DNA of 64,000 nt from Alkalispirochaeta sp. (lineage in GTDB: Bacteria; Spirochaetota; Spirochaetia; DSM-27196; Alkalispirochaetaceae). Positions 1 through 8,475 of this stretch are shown one piece after another (within the stretch, counting starts at the first letter, position 1; every line of letters begins with the position of its first letter). Location: the NCBI GenBank assembly GCA_965601925.1, contig OZ271854.1, positions 4,989,414 through 5,053,413 on the forward strand, in the 5' to 3' direction. Below the pieces are notes generated by a model. It was not told the origin of the DNA and did not search any database. It saw only the letters and a list, made by a program, of their open reading frames with translations. A program made the translations under genes and the position numbers.

Positions 1-475
1 AAGACCGCGGAGAGAGCGTATTCAGCCGGAGCATGCCCTTTATATCTCGAAGTGCGAGAAACCCACGAACAAGGAACAGGAGCGCGAGAGTATGAATACC
101 GATACCAATCCAATCCGGAATCGCGATATACACTCCAAGGTCCGCCATCATTAATGCGATTCCAAACGCGTACGCGGTGAGTGAGTTCCGGGCCGCGTGC
201 GCGACGATCGCCAGGATTACAATCGGCAGCGCGTTGAGGAGAAGCGTCAGAGCCACGCTGTCAGTCAGTTCGCCCACGGATGGTATGAGGACAAATGTAA
301 GTCCCAAGCTGACGGAGAACGGCATTTCGATCCCCAAGAATGGGAGACCCGTTTGAAGGGCGATTTGGAGTATCGACAGGCCGACGAACCAGTGAAACCA
401 GCTGATTCCCCCTTTCAACCGCTTCAGAAGTACTTCGAGCTTCGCGGTGTGGTTAAACGACGACGTATCATGCAT
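1..475 (-). CDS. Hypothetical multi-pass membrane protein (3' end runs off window start)
   Basis: Read by hand: ATG at 475 after a GAAAGGA RBS. Open frame MHDTSSFNHTAKLEVLLKRLKGGISWFHWFVGLSILQIAL...LNALPIVILAIVAH...WIGIGIHTLALLFLVRGFL with several hydrophobic segments and no stop before base 1. Confidence 0.7.
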   Translation of the reverse strand, partial: MHDTSSFNHTAKLEVLLKRLKGGISWFHWFVGLSILQIALQTGLPFLGIEMPFSVSLGLTFVLIPSVGELTDSVALTLLLNALPIVILAIVAHAARNSLTAYAFGIALMMADLGVYIAIPDWIGIGIHTLALLFLVRGFLALRDIKGMLRLNTLSPRS

Positions 476-612
476 ATCTCAGATCCTTTCGTAAAATCGT
501 AAACGTATCGACTGCGTACACTTACCATCGACTCCAAGGAGTGCGCGACCTCCGGTGCCGCATCGCTTGTGCGGGTGCCGTCGGCCGGTCGCCTACTCCT
601 CTCTTCTCGGTT

Positions 613-641
613 ACTATAATACTAACCGATCGATCGGTCAA
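613..641 (-). promoter_or_regulatory. Sigma70-type promoter with a palindromic operator in the spacer
   Basis: Minus strand TTGACC-N17-TATAGT. The perfect palindrome ACCGATCGATCGGT (625-638) overlaps the -35 and spacer. Confidence 0.65.
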
Positions 642-827
642 TATCTTTGGACACCCGGGCACGGTATGGGCGATCGAAGTGGAAGTCGGCGGGAAGTGCA
701 GACAGTGCGTATCACGTACAGGAGGTACGAAGTCGTGAAAACGTGAACGGCAGGCGCGAGGAACGCAAACTTCGTCGGCACGCAGCCATCGCCCCCGCTC
801 CCCTCACCACCATCCCATCAAGCGGCA

Positions 828-953
828 CCGGGCGCGTGTTTTACGCTTGCGAGACGGTGGCTGTGGAACGACGCGACTTCTGGCCCCTAGGGCCTGCTGA
901 GCGTCGGCACGCTGCCACCGTCTCGCGACTCAGTTACAAGCACGCGCAGCCGG
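828..953. repeat. Long imperfect inverted repeat / hairpin downstream of the RpiR gene
   Basis: GCGAGACGGTGGC (849-861) pairs perfectly with GCCACCGTCTCGC (914-926). Outer GCGCGTG/CACGCGC arms and an apical GGCCC-CTA-GGGCC are also present. Confidence 0.6.
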
Positions 954-961
954 AGACACTC

Positions 962-1801
962 TTAGTAGCGCGTGTCGACGAGGGCCTTACGCGTTTTGTC
1001 GAGGTTTCGTACCGTCTCATCGCTCCGCGAGAGGGCTACACCTACCGCCAACGTATCGATTACGCTCAACTGGGCGATACGCGAGGACATCGGCTCAAAC
1101 TTGAATTGCGTCTCCGTGGAAGCTACGCACAGGCTATGGCGCGCCGCGCTCGACACCGGCGATTTGCCGTGGCTCACGATCGCCACGGTTTCGGCTTTTG
1201 CTTTGTTGGCGGTCTCGACCGCGCGCACCACTTCCAACGTGGCGCCGGAGTGGGAAATTGCAACGAACACACTGTGCGCATCCAACATCGAAGCGGCCAT
1301 GATCGCCATGTGGGTATCGTTGAACCACTGACAGGGAATGCCGATGCGAAAAAACTTGTGATACGCATCCATCGCAACCACGCCCGATCCACCGAGGCCG
1401 TAAAATACCAGCCTCGTCGCGGTAACCATCAGCTCGGTGACGCGCGTTACGGCGTCGAAATCGAGGGTCGATACGGTGCTCCGGATCGCCGCGATGTTGG
1501 AGTCGAATACCTTGCGGACGAGCTCCGGCGCAGCCTCGGTCCCGTCGACCGATTCGTGAATGTTGCGTACCGCCGGGATCGTCGCCTGGGCGAGATAGAT
1601 CTTAAAGTCTTGAAATCCGCGAAATCCGAGTCTGCGGGAGAACCGTAGCACCGTCGGCTCACTCACTCCCGCATTCTCGGCCAGTTCGCTGATCGATGAA
1701 TGGACTACCGCTTGAGCGTTTTCCAGGACGAATCGGGCGACCTTCATCTCCGACTTCCGGAGACTGGCGAGGTGGTCGGAGATGAAGCGCAGATCGGCCA
1801 T
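962..1801 (-). CDS. MurR/RpiR (HexR-like) transcriptional regulator
   Basis: N-terminal HTH (SISELAENAGVSEPTVLRFSRRLGFRGFQDFK) plus SIS domain (FYGLGGS, ISHSG, SRIAQLSVID). Confidence 0.95.
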   Translation of the reverse strand: MADLRFISDHLASLRKSEMKVARFVLENAQAVVHSSISELAENAGVSEPTVLRFSRRLGFRGFQDFKIYLAQATIPAVRNIHESVDGTEAAPELVRKVFDSNIAAIRSTVSTLDFDAVTRVTELMVTATRLVFYGLGGSGVVAMDAYHKFFRIGIPCQWFNDTHMAIMAASMLDAHSVFVAISHSGATLEVVRAVETANKAKAETVAIVSHGKSPVSSAARHSLCVASTETQFKFEPMSSRIAQLSVIDTLAVGVALSRSDETVRNLDKTRKALVDTRY

Positions 1802-1808
1802 TGTCGTC

Positions 1809-2750
1809 CTACGATTGGGGAACGAACGATCCGTTTTCGAGTTCGAGACCGAGTGTATCGAACCCGGAACGGATCCACTCTCGAATCCGACCGTAGCGCC
1901 CGTCGTCGAAGGGTGGAAGCATCATCGGCTTGCGCGGAACGCCGGCGTCGAACCCTCGCGCGTACAGTCCCATGTGAGATGCGATGGTACTATCGGTGAA
2001 GTGCATCTTTCTACTCAAGTCCATCACCACTGTATATGCTTTCTCGGCCCGTTGCCAGTCCCGGTCGAAGGTGGCCCGAAACAGCTCGGTCATAATCTCA
2101 GGCGCCCAGTTGTTCATTCCGGCGATCGCCGCGTTTACGCCCATGTGGTGGAGCGGAAGCCATCCGGTGGACGTTCCAAGGATAATCTCGAGCGAGCCCC
2201 CGGCGACGCGATTCTCATACGCTAAGGTGGAGAGAAAGGCGACGTTGAGCGGACTGTCTTTCAACCCTTTTAGGCCGTAGGATGCGAGTTCCCGGACCAC
2301 GGGGAGAGAGAACGTGTAGCGCGACGTGGCCGGATTGTTGTATGCATAGACCGGCACGCGTACCGCGTCGATCAACTCCTTGTAGAACGAGAGCACGACC
2401 TCGTCGGAGTGCTTATAGTAAAAGGGAGGTACAGCGGCCACTCCGTCGACGCCTACGCGTTCCGCCTCGACGGCCAACTCGATAGTCGCACCGGTATCGA
2501 TTGCACCGACGTGGGCGATGAGCACTCGCCCCTCACCGACCTTGTCGGCGACGCCCCGAGCGGACTCAAAGACGCGCACTCGCTCGGCCACGCTCATAAG
2601 CGGCCCCGCACCGTAGGAACCGGTCAAGAAAAGCCCGTTTACACCGTGGGAAAACATCCATTCCATGTGCCACTCGGTCTTGTCGCGGTCGATCTCTCCG
2701 GAAGAATCGAATATCGTAATGTTGGGAACTAAAGAACCTTTGATCATCAT
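1809..2750 (-). CDS. DapA/NanA (DHDPS-superfamily) class I aldolase/dehydratase
   Basis: GLFLTGSYG, AVPPFYY, YNNP and Schiff-base GLKDS motifs; catabolic context. Confidence 0.9.
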   Translation of the reverse strand: MMIKGSLVPNITIFDSSGEIDRDKTEWHMEWMFSHGVNGLFLTGSYGAGPLMSVAERVRVFESARGVADKVGEGRVLIAHVGAIDTGATIELAVEAERVGVDGVAAVPPFYYKHSDEVVLSFYKELIDAVRVPVYAYNNPATSRYTFSLPVVRELASYGLKGLKDSPLNVAFLSTLAYENRVAGGSLEIILGTSTGWLPLHHMGVNAAIAGMNNWAPEIMTELFRATFDRDWQRAEKAYTVVMDLSRKMHFTDSTIASHMGLYARGFDAGVPRKPMMLPPFDDGRYGRIREWIRSGFDTLGLELENGSFVPQS

Positions 2751-3733
2751 TGACTCCTTTCTTGTGTTTTGAGAGGGATCTCTCCTGCGTTCACGGCCCG
2801 ATCGATTTGGCCGTCGTCCATAATTGCCAATACGTTGTCCGCCACTCGACGCGAGACGAGGGCGCTCGTCTCGACCGACGTAGCGGCTATATGGGGTGTG
2901 ATGACGGCCCGTGTGCGTCTCAACGGTGAGTCGAGGGGAAGCGGCTCGACGGAGAAGGCGTCCAGGGCGGCGCCCGCGATCGTACCGCGCTCAAGGGCCT
3001 CGGCGAGAGCCTCCTCGTCGACAACCCCGCCCCGGGAGGTGTTGATCAACACGGCGTTACGCTTCATAAGCGCCAACGCTCGCCGATCGATGAGATGTTT
3101 CGTCGCGGCGGTAAGCGGAACGGTGAGAACGATCCAGTCGGCGCGGCGAAAGAGTTCTTCGGCGTCGCGCGCCGTCTCGACCCCGGTGACGTGCGCCCAC
3201 TCGTCGTCCAGATTGGGATCCAACCCCAGAACGTCGGCGTGAAATCCCGAGAGAAGCTCCACCACCCTGCGGCCGATGTTTCCCAATCCGACGATGCCTA
3301 CCGTACTGCCGGCGATCTCGCGTCCCGCACGGCGACTCCACGTTCCCGAACGCACCCCGTCGATGTGCTCATGAATCATGCGACCCGCGACCAACATGAG
3401 CGCCACGGTCAGCTCGGCCACCGCGTTTTTGTTAACCCCCGATACATTGGCGACGAGTATTCCCGAGCGCGTCGCCGCCGCGACATCGATGCCGTCTAGT
3501 CCGGTACCGTGCATATGCACCAGTTTGAGACGATCGGCTGCGGCGAAGACCGTTTTGTCCACCTGATCGTTGCCCACGATGAGGACGTCGACGCCGCGTA
3601 TCTCCGTAGCGATCCGGCCCGAATCGAAGGGGCCGTCGTCCAGTCGTGTCACGCTCCATCCGCGATCCTCGAGACGGCGGATCGCCTCGGGTTCGTGCGC
3701 GCCGAAGGAGCGCGAGGTGACGAGAACGTTCAC
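2747..3733 (-). CDS. D-isomer-specific 2-hydroxyacid dehydrogenase (SerA-like)
   Basis: GIVGLGNIG Rossmann motif, INTSRGGVVDE, ALDAFSVEP, TPHIAA. Confidence 0.93.
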   Translation of the reverse strand: MNVLVTSRSFGAHEPEAIRRLEDRGWSVTRLDDGPFDSGRIATEIRGVDVLIVGNDQVDKTVFAAADRLKLVHMHGTGLDGIDVAAATRSGILVANVSGVNKNAVAELTVALMLVAGRMIHEHIDGVRSGTWSRRAGREIAGSTVGIVGLGNIGRRVVELLSGFHADVLGLDPNLDDEWAHVTGVETARDAEELFRRADWIVLTVPLTAATKHLIDRRALALMKRNAVLINTSRGGVVDEEALAEALERGTIAGAALDAFSVEPLPLDSPLRRTRAVITPHIAATSVETSALVSRRVADNVLAIMDDGQIDRAVNAGEIPLKTQERSQ

Positions 3734-5268
3734 GGTGCACCCTCCGTCGACGGGAGATAGCGATCCATACGTGCAACGGCGGCGAGATGGTCTTGGTAGC
3801 GCTGCGAGTAGCGCTCGACGAGATCGGCACGCGGTCGATACAGGCCGTGGCCGGGTGGGGAGCCTCCCTCGCCGTCCGGCGTCTCTCGCGGCTCGGGCGG
3901 TGTGAACTCGGTCCCGGGGAGTATCCCGAGGGCGACAAATCCAACGATCGCGGCGCCGAGGAGCGACGCCTCGGGATTCGGGCGCGTGAGGAGAGGGCGA
4001 TCGAGCACGGTGGCCATAGTCTGCGCTACCACCGACGACTGCGACAGTCCGCCGCTGAGGATGATTGGGCTCCGGTTGGGTACCGTGCGATCGATCACAT
4101 GCAGCACCGAAAGCAGATCGAAAGCGACGGCCTCAATGAGGGCACGCGCGATGTGCCGCCGATCGTGCCGCGGCCGCAGTCCGATGAGCGCTCCGGGGAG
4201 CGTATCGTTCCAATGGGGACTTCTCGCCGGCCTGAGATACGGAAGAAACGTGAGCGGATCGGGTTCGTCCGGAAGGTCGTCAATCGCCTCCAGAAGCTCG
4301 GCAGGAGATGTCGACGACGGGTGATTATCGCTCAATCCGGCGACCCATGCCAGAGCGTTTCCGACGTTGGAGAGTATACCGCCGTATACCCAGCGGTTCT
4401 CGTTCAAGCAGTAGCACCATAGCGCCCCCTGGTCATCGGTTGCGGGACGATCGGTAACGACACGCACCGCGCCGGATGTGCCGAGGTCGATGTTAACCGC
4501 CCCGACGTCTCCTGCACCGGCTCCCACATTGGCCAAAGGGCCGTCCCCTCCTCCCAGAACGATCTTCGTCTCCGGCGGGAGCCCAAGATCGCCCAGTACC
4601 CCGCGATGTGTCGCGGTGATCGCCACGGCACCGTCGACCGGTTGCGACAGCCGATCGGGCGTTATACCGGCGAGACGCAGCGCCTCGGCGTTCCACATCC
4701 GCTTCGTGATGTCCAAAAGCCCGGTCGATGAGGCCATGGACCAATCGACGCGCACCTCATCGATGAAGAGCTGGAGCACGTACTCTTTGATCGAAACGAA
4801 TCGCTCGGCCGCGGCAAACAGCGAGGGATCGTTCTCGCGCAACCACCGAATCTTCGCCGCGGGATAGATCGAGCTCGGCGGGCATCCGGTGACGCTATAG
4901 AGAGTACCGGTTGTGCATTCGTCGACCATGGCGCGCGCCTGCGAGCCGGCTCGTCCATCGGACCACAGGATGTTATTGGTGATCGGGTGTCGATGCGCAT
5001 CGAGGGCGATCAGGCTATACATCTGCGACGAGAAACTCAGTGCGCGCACCCGCTGAGCGTCCTCTCCGGCGTCGGTGATGCACTCTCGAATCGTCCGACA
5101 CACCGCAGCGCGCACCTCATCGGGGTCCTGCTCCTCAAAGGTCGGATGCGGCCGGTACGTGGGATAGGTCTCCTTCGCCCGGGAAAGCACCCGACCGTGC
5201 GAATCCACAACCATGGCGCGACACGACGAGGTTCCGATATCGACGGCGCATACAAGCACGGATACCAT
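3730..5268 (-). CDS. FGGY-family carbohydrate kinase (gluconokinase-like)
   Basis: VDIGTSSCR, EQDP, LSFSSQMYSL, WSDGR, SMASSTGL, GGGDGPLANVG, LGTSGAVR. Confidence 0.9.
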   Translation of the reverse strand: MVSVLVCAVDIGTSSCRAMVVDSHGRVLSRAKETYPTYRPHPTFEEQDPDEVRAAVCRTIRECITDAGEDAQRVRALSFSSQMYSLIALDAHRHPITNNILWSDGRAGSQARAMVDECTTGTLYSVTGCPPSSIYPAAKIRWLRENDPSLFAAAERFVSIKEYVLQLFIDEVRVDWSMASSTGLLDITKRMWNAEALRLAGITPDRLSQPVDGAVAITATHRGVLGDLGLPPETKIVLGGGDGPLANVGAGAGDVGAVNIDLGTSGAVRVVTDRPATDDQGALWCYCLNENRWVYGGILSNVGNALAWVAGLSDNHPSSTSPAELLEAIDDLPDEPDPLTFLPYLRPARSPHWNDTLPGALIGLRPRHDRRHIARALIEAVAFDLLSVLHVIDRTVPNRSPIILSGGLSQSSVVAQTMATVLDRPLLTRPNPEASLLGAAIVGFVALGILPGTEFTPPEPRETPDGEGGSPPGHGLYRPRADLVERYSQRYQDHLAAVARMDRYLPSTEGAP

Positions 5269-5276
5269 ACTGCGCC

Positions 5277-6557
5277 TCAGTTATAGAGTCGAAACACGTA
5301 TCGCGGGAGAAACGTGATGATCTCGGGGAAGAGCGCTGAGACGAACAGCGCTGCGTACACCGCCGCGATGAACGGGAGGAGTTCCCGAACCACGGCTCCC
5401 AGCGGCTTACCGGAGGTCGAACACCCGGTATATATCAGCGTTCCGACCGGCGGCGTAATGAGACCTGCGGTGAGCACGCTACAGAAAAAGACGCCGAAGT
5501 AGATCGGATCGACGCCGAAGGCCGCCACAGGCGCCATGAAAATCGGCGTGAGAATCAGAATTGCCGGCGTCAGATCCATGATCATGCCGATCACCAGGAG
5601 AATGCCGAACGATACGACCATGAAGAGTACGGACGAGTCGATACCGCCGACCATGGCCGCGGTAACGTCCTGGGGGACGCGATCGTAGGTGAGCACCCAC
5701 GCGACGGCCGTCGCCGCGCCGACGATCGCCATCACCATACCGGAACCGAGCATCGCGCGTTTTACCATCTCGGGAAACGCGCTCCATTTGAACTCCTTGT
5801 AGATAAACTGACCGACGAACCACGCGTAAACGACCGCGAAAGCGCTCGTCTCGGTCGCGGTCATCACGCCGCCGACGATGCTGCCGAAGATGAGGACGGG
5901 AAAGACCAACGCCCACACGACGCCCTTGGTCTCACCGAAGTCGATCTCCTCCACACCGACGCCGTAGCCGCGCTTTTTGGATACGAAATATGCGACCGCG
6001 ATTTGTGCGATCGCTATTAGCGCGCCGAGAACGATGCCGCCGGAAAAGAGGGCGCCGATCGAGTCGCCGGTAGTCGATCCGTACACGATCATCGGGATCG
6101 AGGGCGGGATGATCGGACCGATGATTCCGCCTCCGGCAATGACCGCCGCCGAAAACGCCCGCCCGTAACCCTGGCGGATCATCGCCGGGTACAGAATCGC
6201 TCCGATCGCGATCGCGGTGGCGATCGCGGAGCCGTTAATTGCCGCGAAAAGGGCGCACGAGATGATCGCGACCAACGCCAAACCGCCGGGAACCCCTTTG
6301 ACCAGCTTGGATACAGACGCCACAATGCGACGCGTCAGACCGCCACCGTTCATGATTTCCCCGGCGAGGATAAAAAAGAACATCGCCGTCAGACCGAAGT
6401 TATCCATCGAGACGAGAAACCGCTGGGCGAACACCAAGAGGTTCATCCCGTTCATGAGAAGCATCACAATCGCGGCTACCGCCAAGGATAGTGCGATCGG
6501 CACACCCAGGACGAAAAAAACGCCGAAGAGTCCGAGATAGAGCGTCAGGGTATTCAT
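5277..6557 (-). CDS. dctM: TRAP transporter large permease (DctM)
   Basis: FFILAGEIMNGGG, AINGSAIA, IIPPSIPMIVYG, GLITPPVG. ATG at 6557 overlaps the dctQ stop (ATGA). Confidence 0.95.
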   Translation of the reverse strand: MNTLTLYLGLFGVFFVLGVPIALSLAVAAIVMLLMNGMNLLVFAQRFLVSMDNFGLTAMFFFILAGEIMNGGGLTRRIVASVSKLVKGVPGGLALVAIISCALFAAINGSAIATAIAIGAILYPAMIRQGYGRAFSAAVIAGGGIIGPIIPPSIPMIVYGSTTGDSIGALFSGGIVLGALIAIAQIAVAYFVSKKRGYGVGVEEIDFGETKGVVWALVFPVLIFGSIVGGVMTATETSAFAVVYAWFVGQFIYKEFKWSAFPEMVKRAMLGSGMVMAIVGAATAVAWVLTYDRVPQDVTAAMVGGIDSSVLFMVVSFGILLVIGMIMDLTPAILILTPIFMAPVAAFGVDPIYFGVFFCSVLTAGLITPPVGTLIYTGCSTSGKPLGAVVRELLPFIAAVYAALFVSALFPEIITFLPRYVFRLYN

Positions 6558-7042
6558 TCCGACTCTCCCCGCCCACGGGCTAATCCGACGACGCGACGGA
6601 CGAGGCGCACCGACCCCACCGCGGCCCACACCGCTCCTGCGAGGAGGCCGGGGATCAAAAAAAGGGCGGTCGGCAAGTTAGTGGCGGCCAATGGAACGCC
6701 GCCGGTAAGATGGGTGTATCGCAATCCGTGGTATACGACGATGGCGCCGACCACACCCAGCGTCGCCTCGTACAGCAATCCGGAGATGGCCCGCAACACC
6801 GCGTTGCGTTCAACGAGGGCCGTGAATCCAATGTGCTGATTACGAACGAACGCGCTCGTAATGGCGAAAAACATCGCCCATACGAAAATCAGGCGTACGA
6901 CTTCCTCCGCCCACGACAGGGCGTCGCGAAAGGCGTAGCGCGCGATCGCATTGCCGAACATGATCGTCGTCGCCGAAAGAGCCAACACCACGACGACGGA
7001 CTGTTCCGCGATGTGGAGTGACCGGACGAACTTGTTACTCAT
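6554..7042 (-). CDS. dctQ: TRAP transporter small permease (DctQ)
   Basis: 162 aa, four hydrophobic helices, RY...WAEEV...HI motif, located between dctP and dctM. Confidence 0.92.
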   Translation of the reverse strand: MSNKFVRSLHIAEQSVVVVLALSATTIMFGNAIARYAFRDALSWAEEVVRLIFVWAMFFAITSAFVRNQHIGFTALVERNAVLRAISGLLYEATLGVVGAIVVYHGLRYTHLTGGVPLAATNLPTALFLIPGLLAGAVWAAVGSVRLVRRVVGLARGRGESE

Positions 7043-7106
7043 GAATCACCGCCTTCGTGTATCAAGTGAAGCATCAGCCGCCGATGCCGCGGGACGTATC
7101 GGTACG

Positions 7107-7132
7107 GGTCGAGACGGATCTACGTCTCGACC
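7107..7132 (-). other. Intercistronic stem-loop after dctP
   Basis: GGTCGAGACG-gatcta-CGTCTCGACC, a perfect 10-bp stem without a U-tract. Confidence 0.6.
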
Positions 7133-7160
7133 GGCCTCTCTATGAGACGTGCCGGAAGGA

Positions 7161-8168
7161 CTACCGGCTCGCCTCGGCTGCGACTCGCTCCAAAAGCGCA
7201 CGATACTCTTCACCGTAACGCTCGGCCGCCCATTCGTAGGCGGAGAGCGCCTCTTCGCGAAAGAGCTCCTTCTCAGCATCGGAGAGCTCGGTAACCTCAG
7301 CCTGCCCACCGATCTGCGAAAGATATTCGGTTTGCAGTTCCCGCCCCCGATTGCGTTGCCACAGACGAAGGTCATACACGGTCGTGGCGACGAGTTCCCG
7401 CACATCTTCCGGTAGTTGTGCCCAGCGACTCGCGGAGAAAAAGACCGGCACCGCGGAGTAGACGTGGTCGGACTTAGAAACATAGTTCTGTTGTTCATAA
7501 AACCGATTGGTCGCTATGAGCGAAAAGGGATTCTCCTGGCCGTCGACGACGTTCGTGGCAAGAGCGTTGTATATCTCGGTGAAAGGAAGCGGTGTCGGAC
7601 TGGCGCCGATATTGCCGAAGTACTCGATATGTAGTTGGTTCTGCTGCACCCTCAGGCGTACGCCGTCGAGATCCTCAGGTCTTCGTATTGGTCGAACATT
7701 ATTGGTGAGCTGACGAAATCCGTTTTCCCAAAAAGCCAGGCCGATGAGACCGAAATCTTCCAACCCGTCGAGAAACTGCCGCCCGATTTCCCCGTCGAGC
7801 ACGCGGTCCGCCTGTTCCTCGTTCAAAAAGACGTAGGGAGATTCGAGTACGTAGTAGATAGGATTTATTTGACCCAGCGGCCCGGTCGTCGTGGGAAGCA
7901 TATCCGTAACACCGGCCTGGAGCTGACCGATGATCTCGCCTTCCGAGCCAAGTTGCCCGCCGGGAAACACTTGTACATCGATGCGTGAATCGGCCTCTTC
8001 TATTAAACGCTCGAACTCAAGTGCGGCCTCGTGGATGGGACCGCCCGCGGTACCGTAACCGACGCGGATGATGAACTCTTCCCCTTCCGCCCCCTCGCCC
8101 TGCCCGTTTCCAAAGACCAGGGCGGCGATACATGCGAATAGTGTTAGTCCGATAACCGATCGTTTCAT
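7161..8168 (-). CDS. dctP: TRAP substrate-binding protein (DctP)
   Basis: Signal peptide; FPGGQLGSE, WENGFR, LRVQ (carboxylate-binding Arg), DGQENP. AGGAGG RBS. Confidence 0.95.
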   Translation of the reverse strand: MKRSVIGLTLFACIAALVFGNGQGEGAEGEEFIIRVGYGTAGGPIHEAALEFERLIEEADSRIDVQVFPGGQLGSEGEIIGQLQAGVTDMLPTTTGPLGQINPIYYVLESPYVFLNEEQADRVLDGEIGRQFLDGLEDFGLIGLAFWENGFRQLTNNVRPIRRPEDLDGVRLRVQQNQLHIEYFGNIGASPTPLPFTEIYNALATNVVDGQENPFSLIATNRFYEQQNYVSKSDHVYSAVPVFFSASRWAQLPEDVRELVATTVYDLRLWQRNRGRELQTEYLSQIGGQAEVTELSDAEKELFREEALSAYEWAAERYGEEYRALLERVAAEASR

Positions 8169-8186
8169 AGACGAGTCCTCCTGAAA

Positions 8187-8240
8187 AGTTGTAAATTAAC
8201 TTCGTAGTAATATTACACCCTATAAATCCTCGCCTGTCAA
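8187..8240 (-). promoter_or_regulatory. Sigma70 promoter of the TRAP operon with tandem RpiR/HexR-like operators
   Basis: TTGACA (8240-8235)-N17-TGTAAT (8217-8212). Palindromic GTAGTAATATTACA lies over the -10, with a second TTGTAAATTAACTTC just downstream. Confidence 0.7.
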
Positions 8241-8475
8241 ACGTTTTTTTGCGTGAGCCGCGGAGCGGCGCTGCGACTTCGGTCGGTTGCGTGCATCGTC
8301 GAGGCACCGGAGGGAGGAAGTCCTGAGAAACATGAACGGCAGATGCGAGTGACGCATCCTTTGCCACCCCGGCCGCGCGGATTCACGCCGTCATCCCGCG
8401 ATCATGTTGAAAGCGCGCGTAGGCGGGGATGCGCACCGCTATGCTACAATACGATCCGTGATCGGAGTTGACGCA

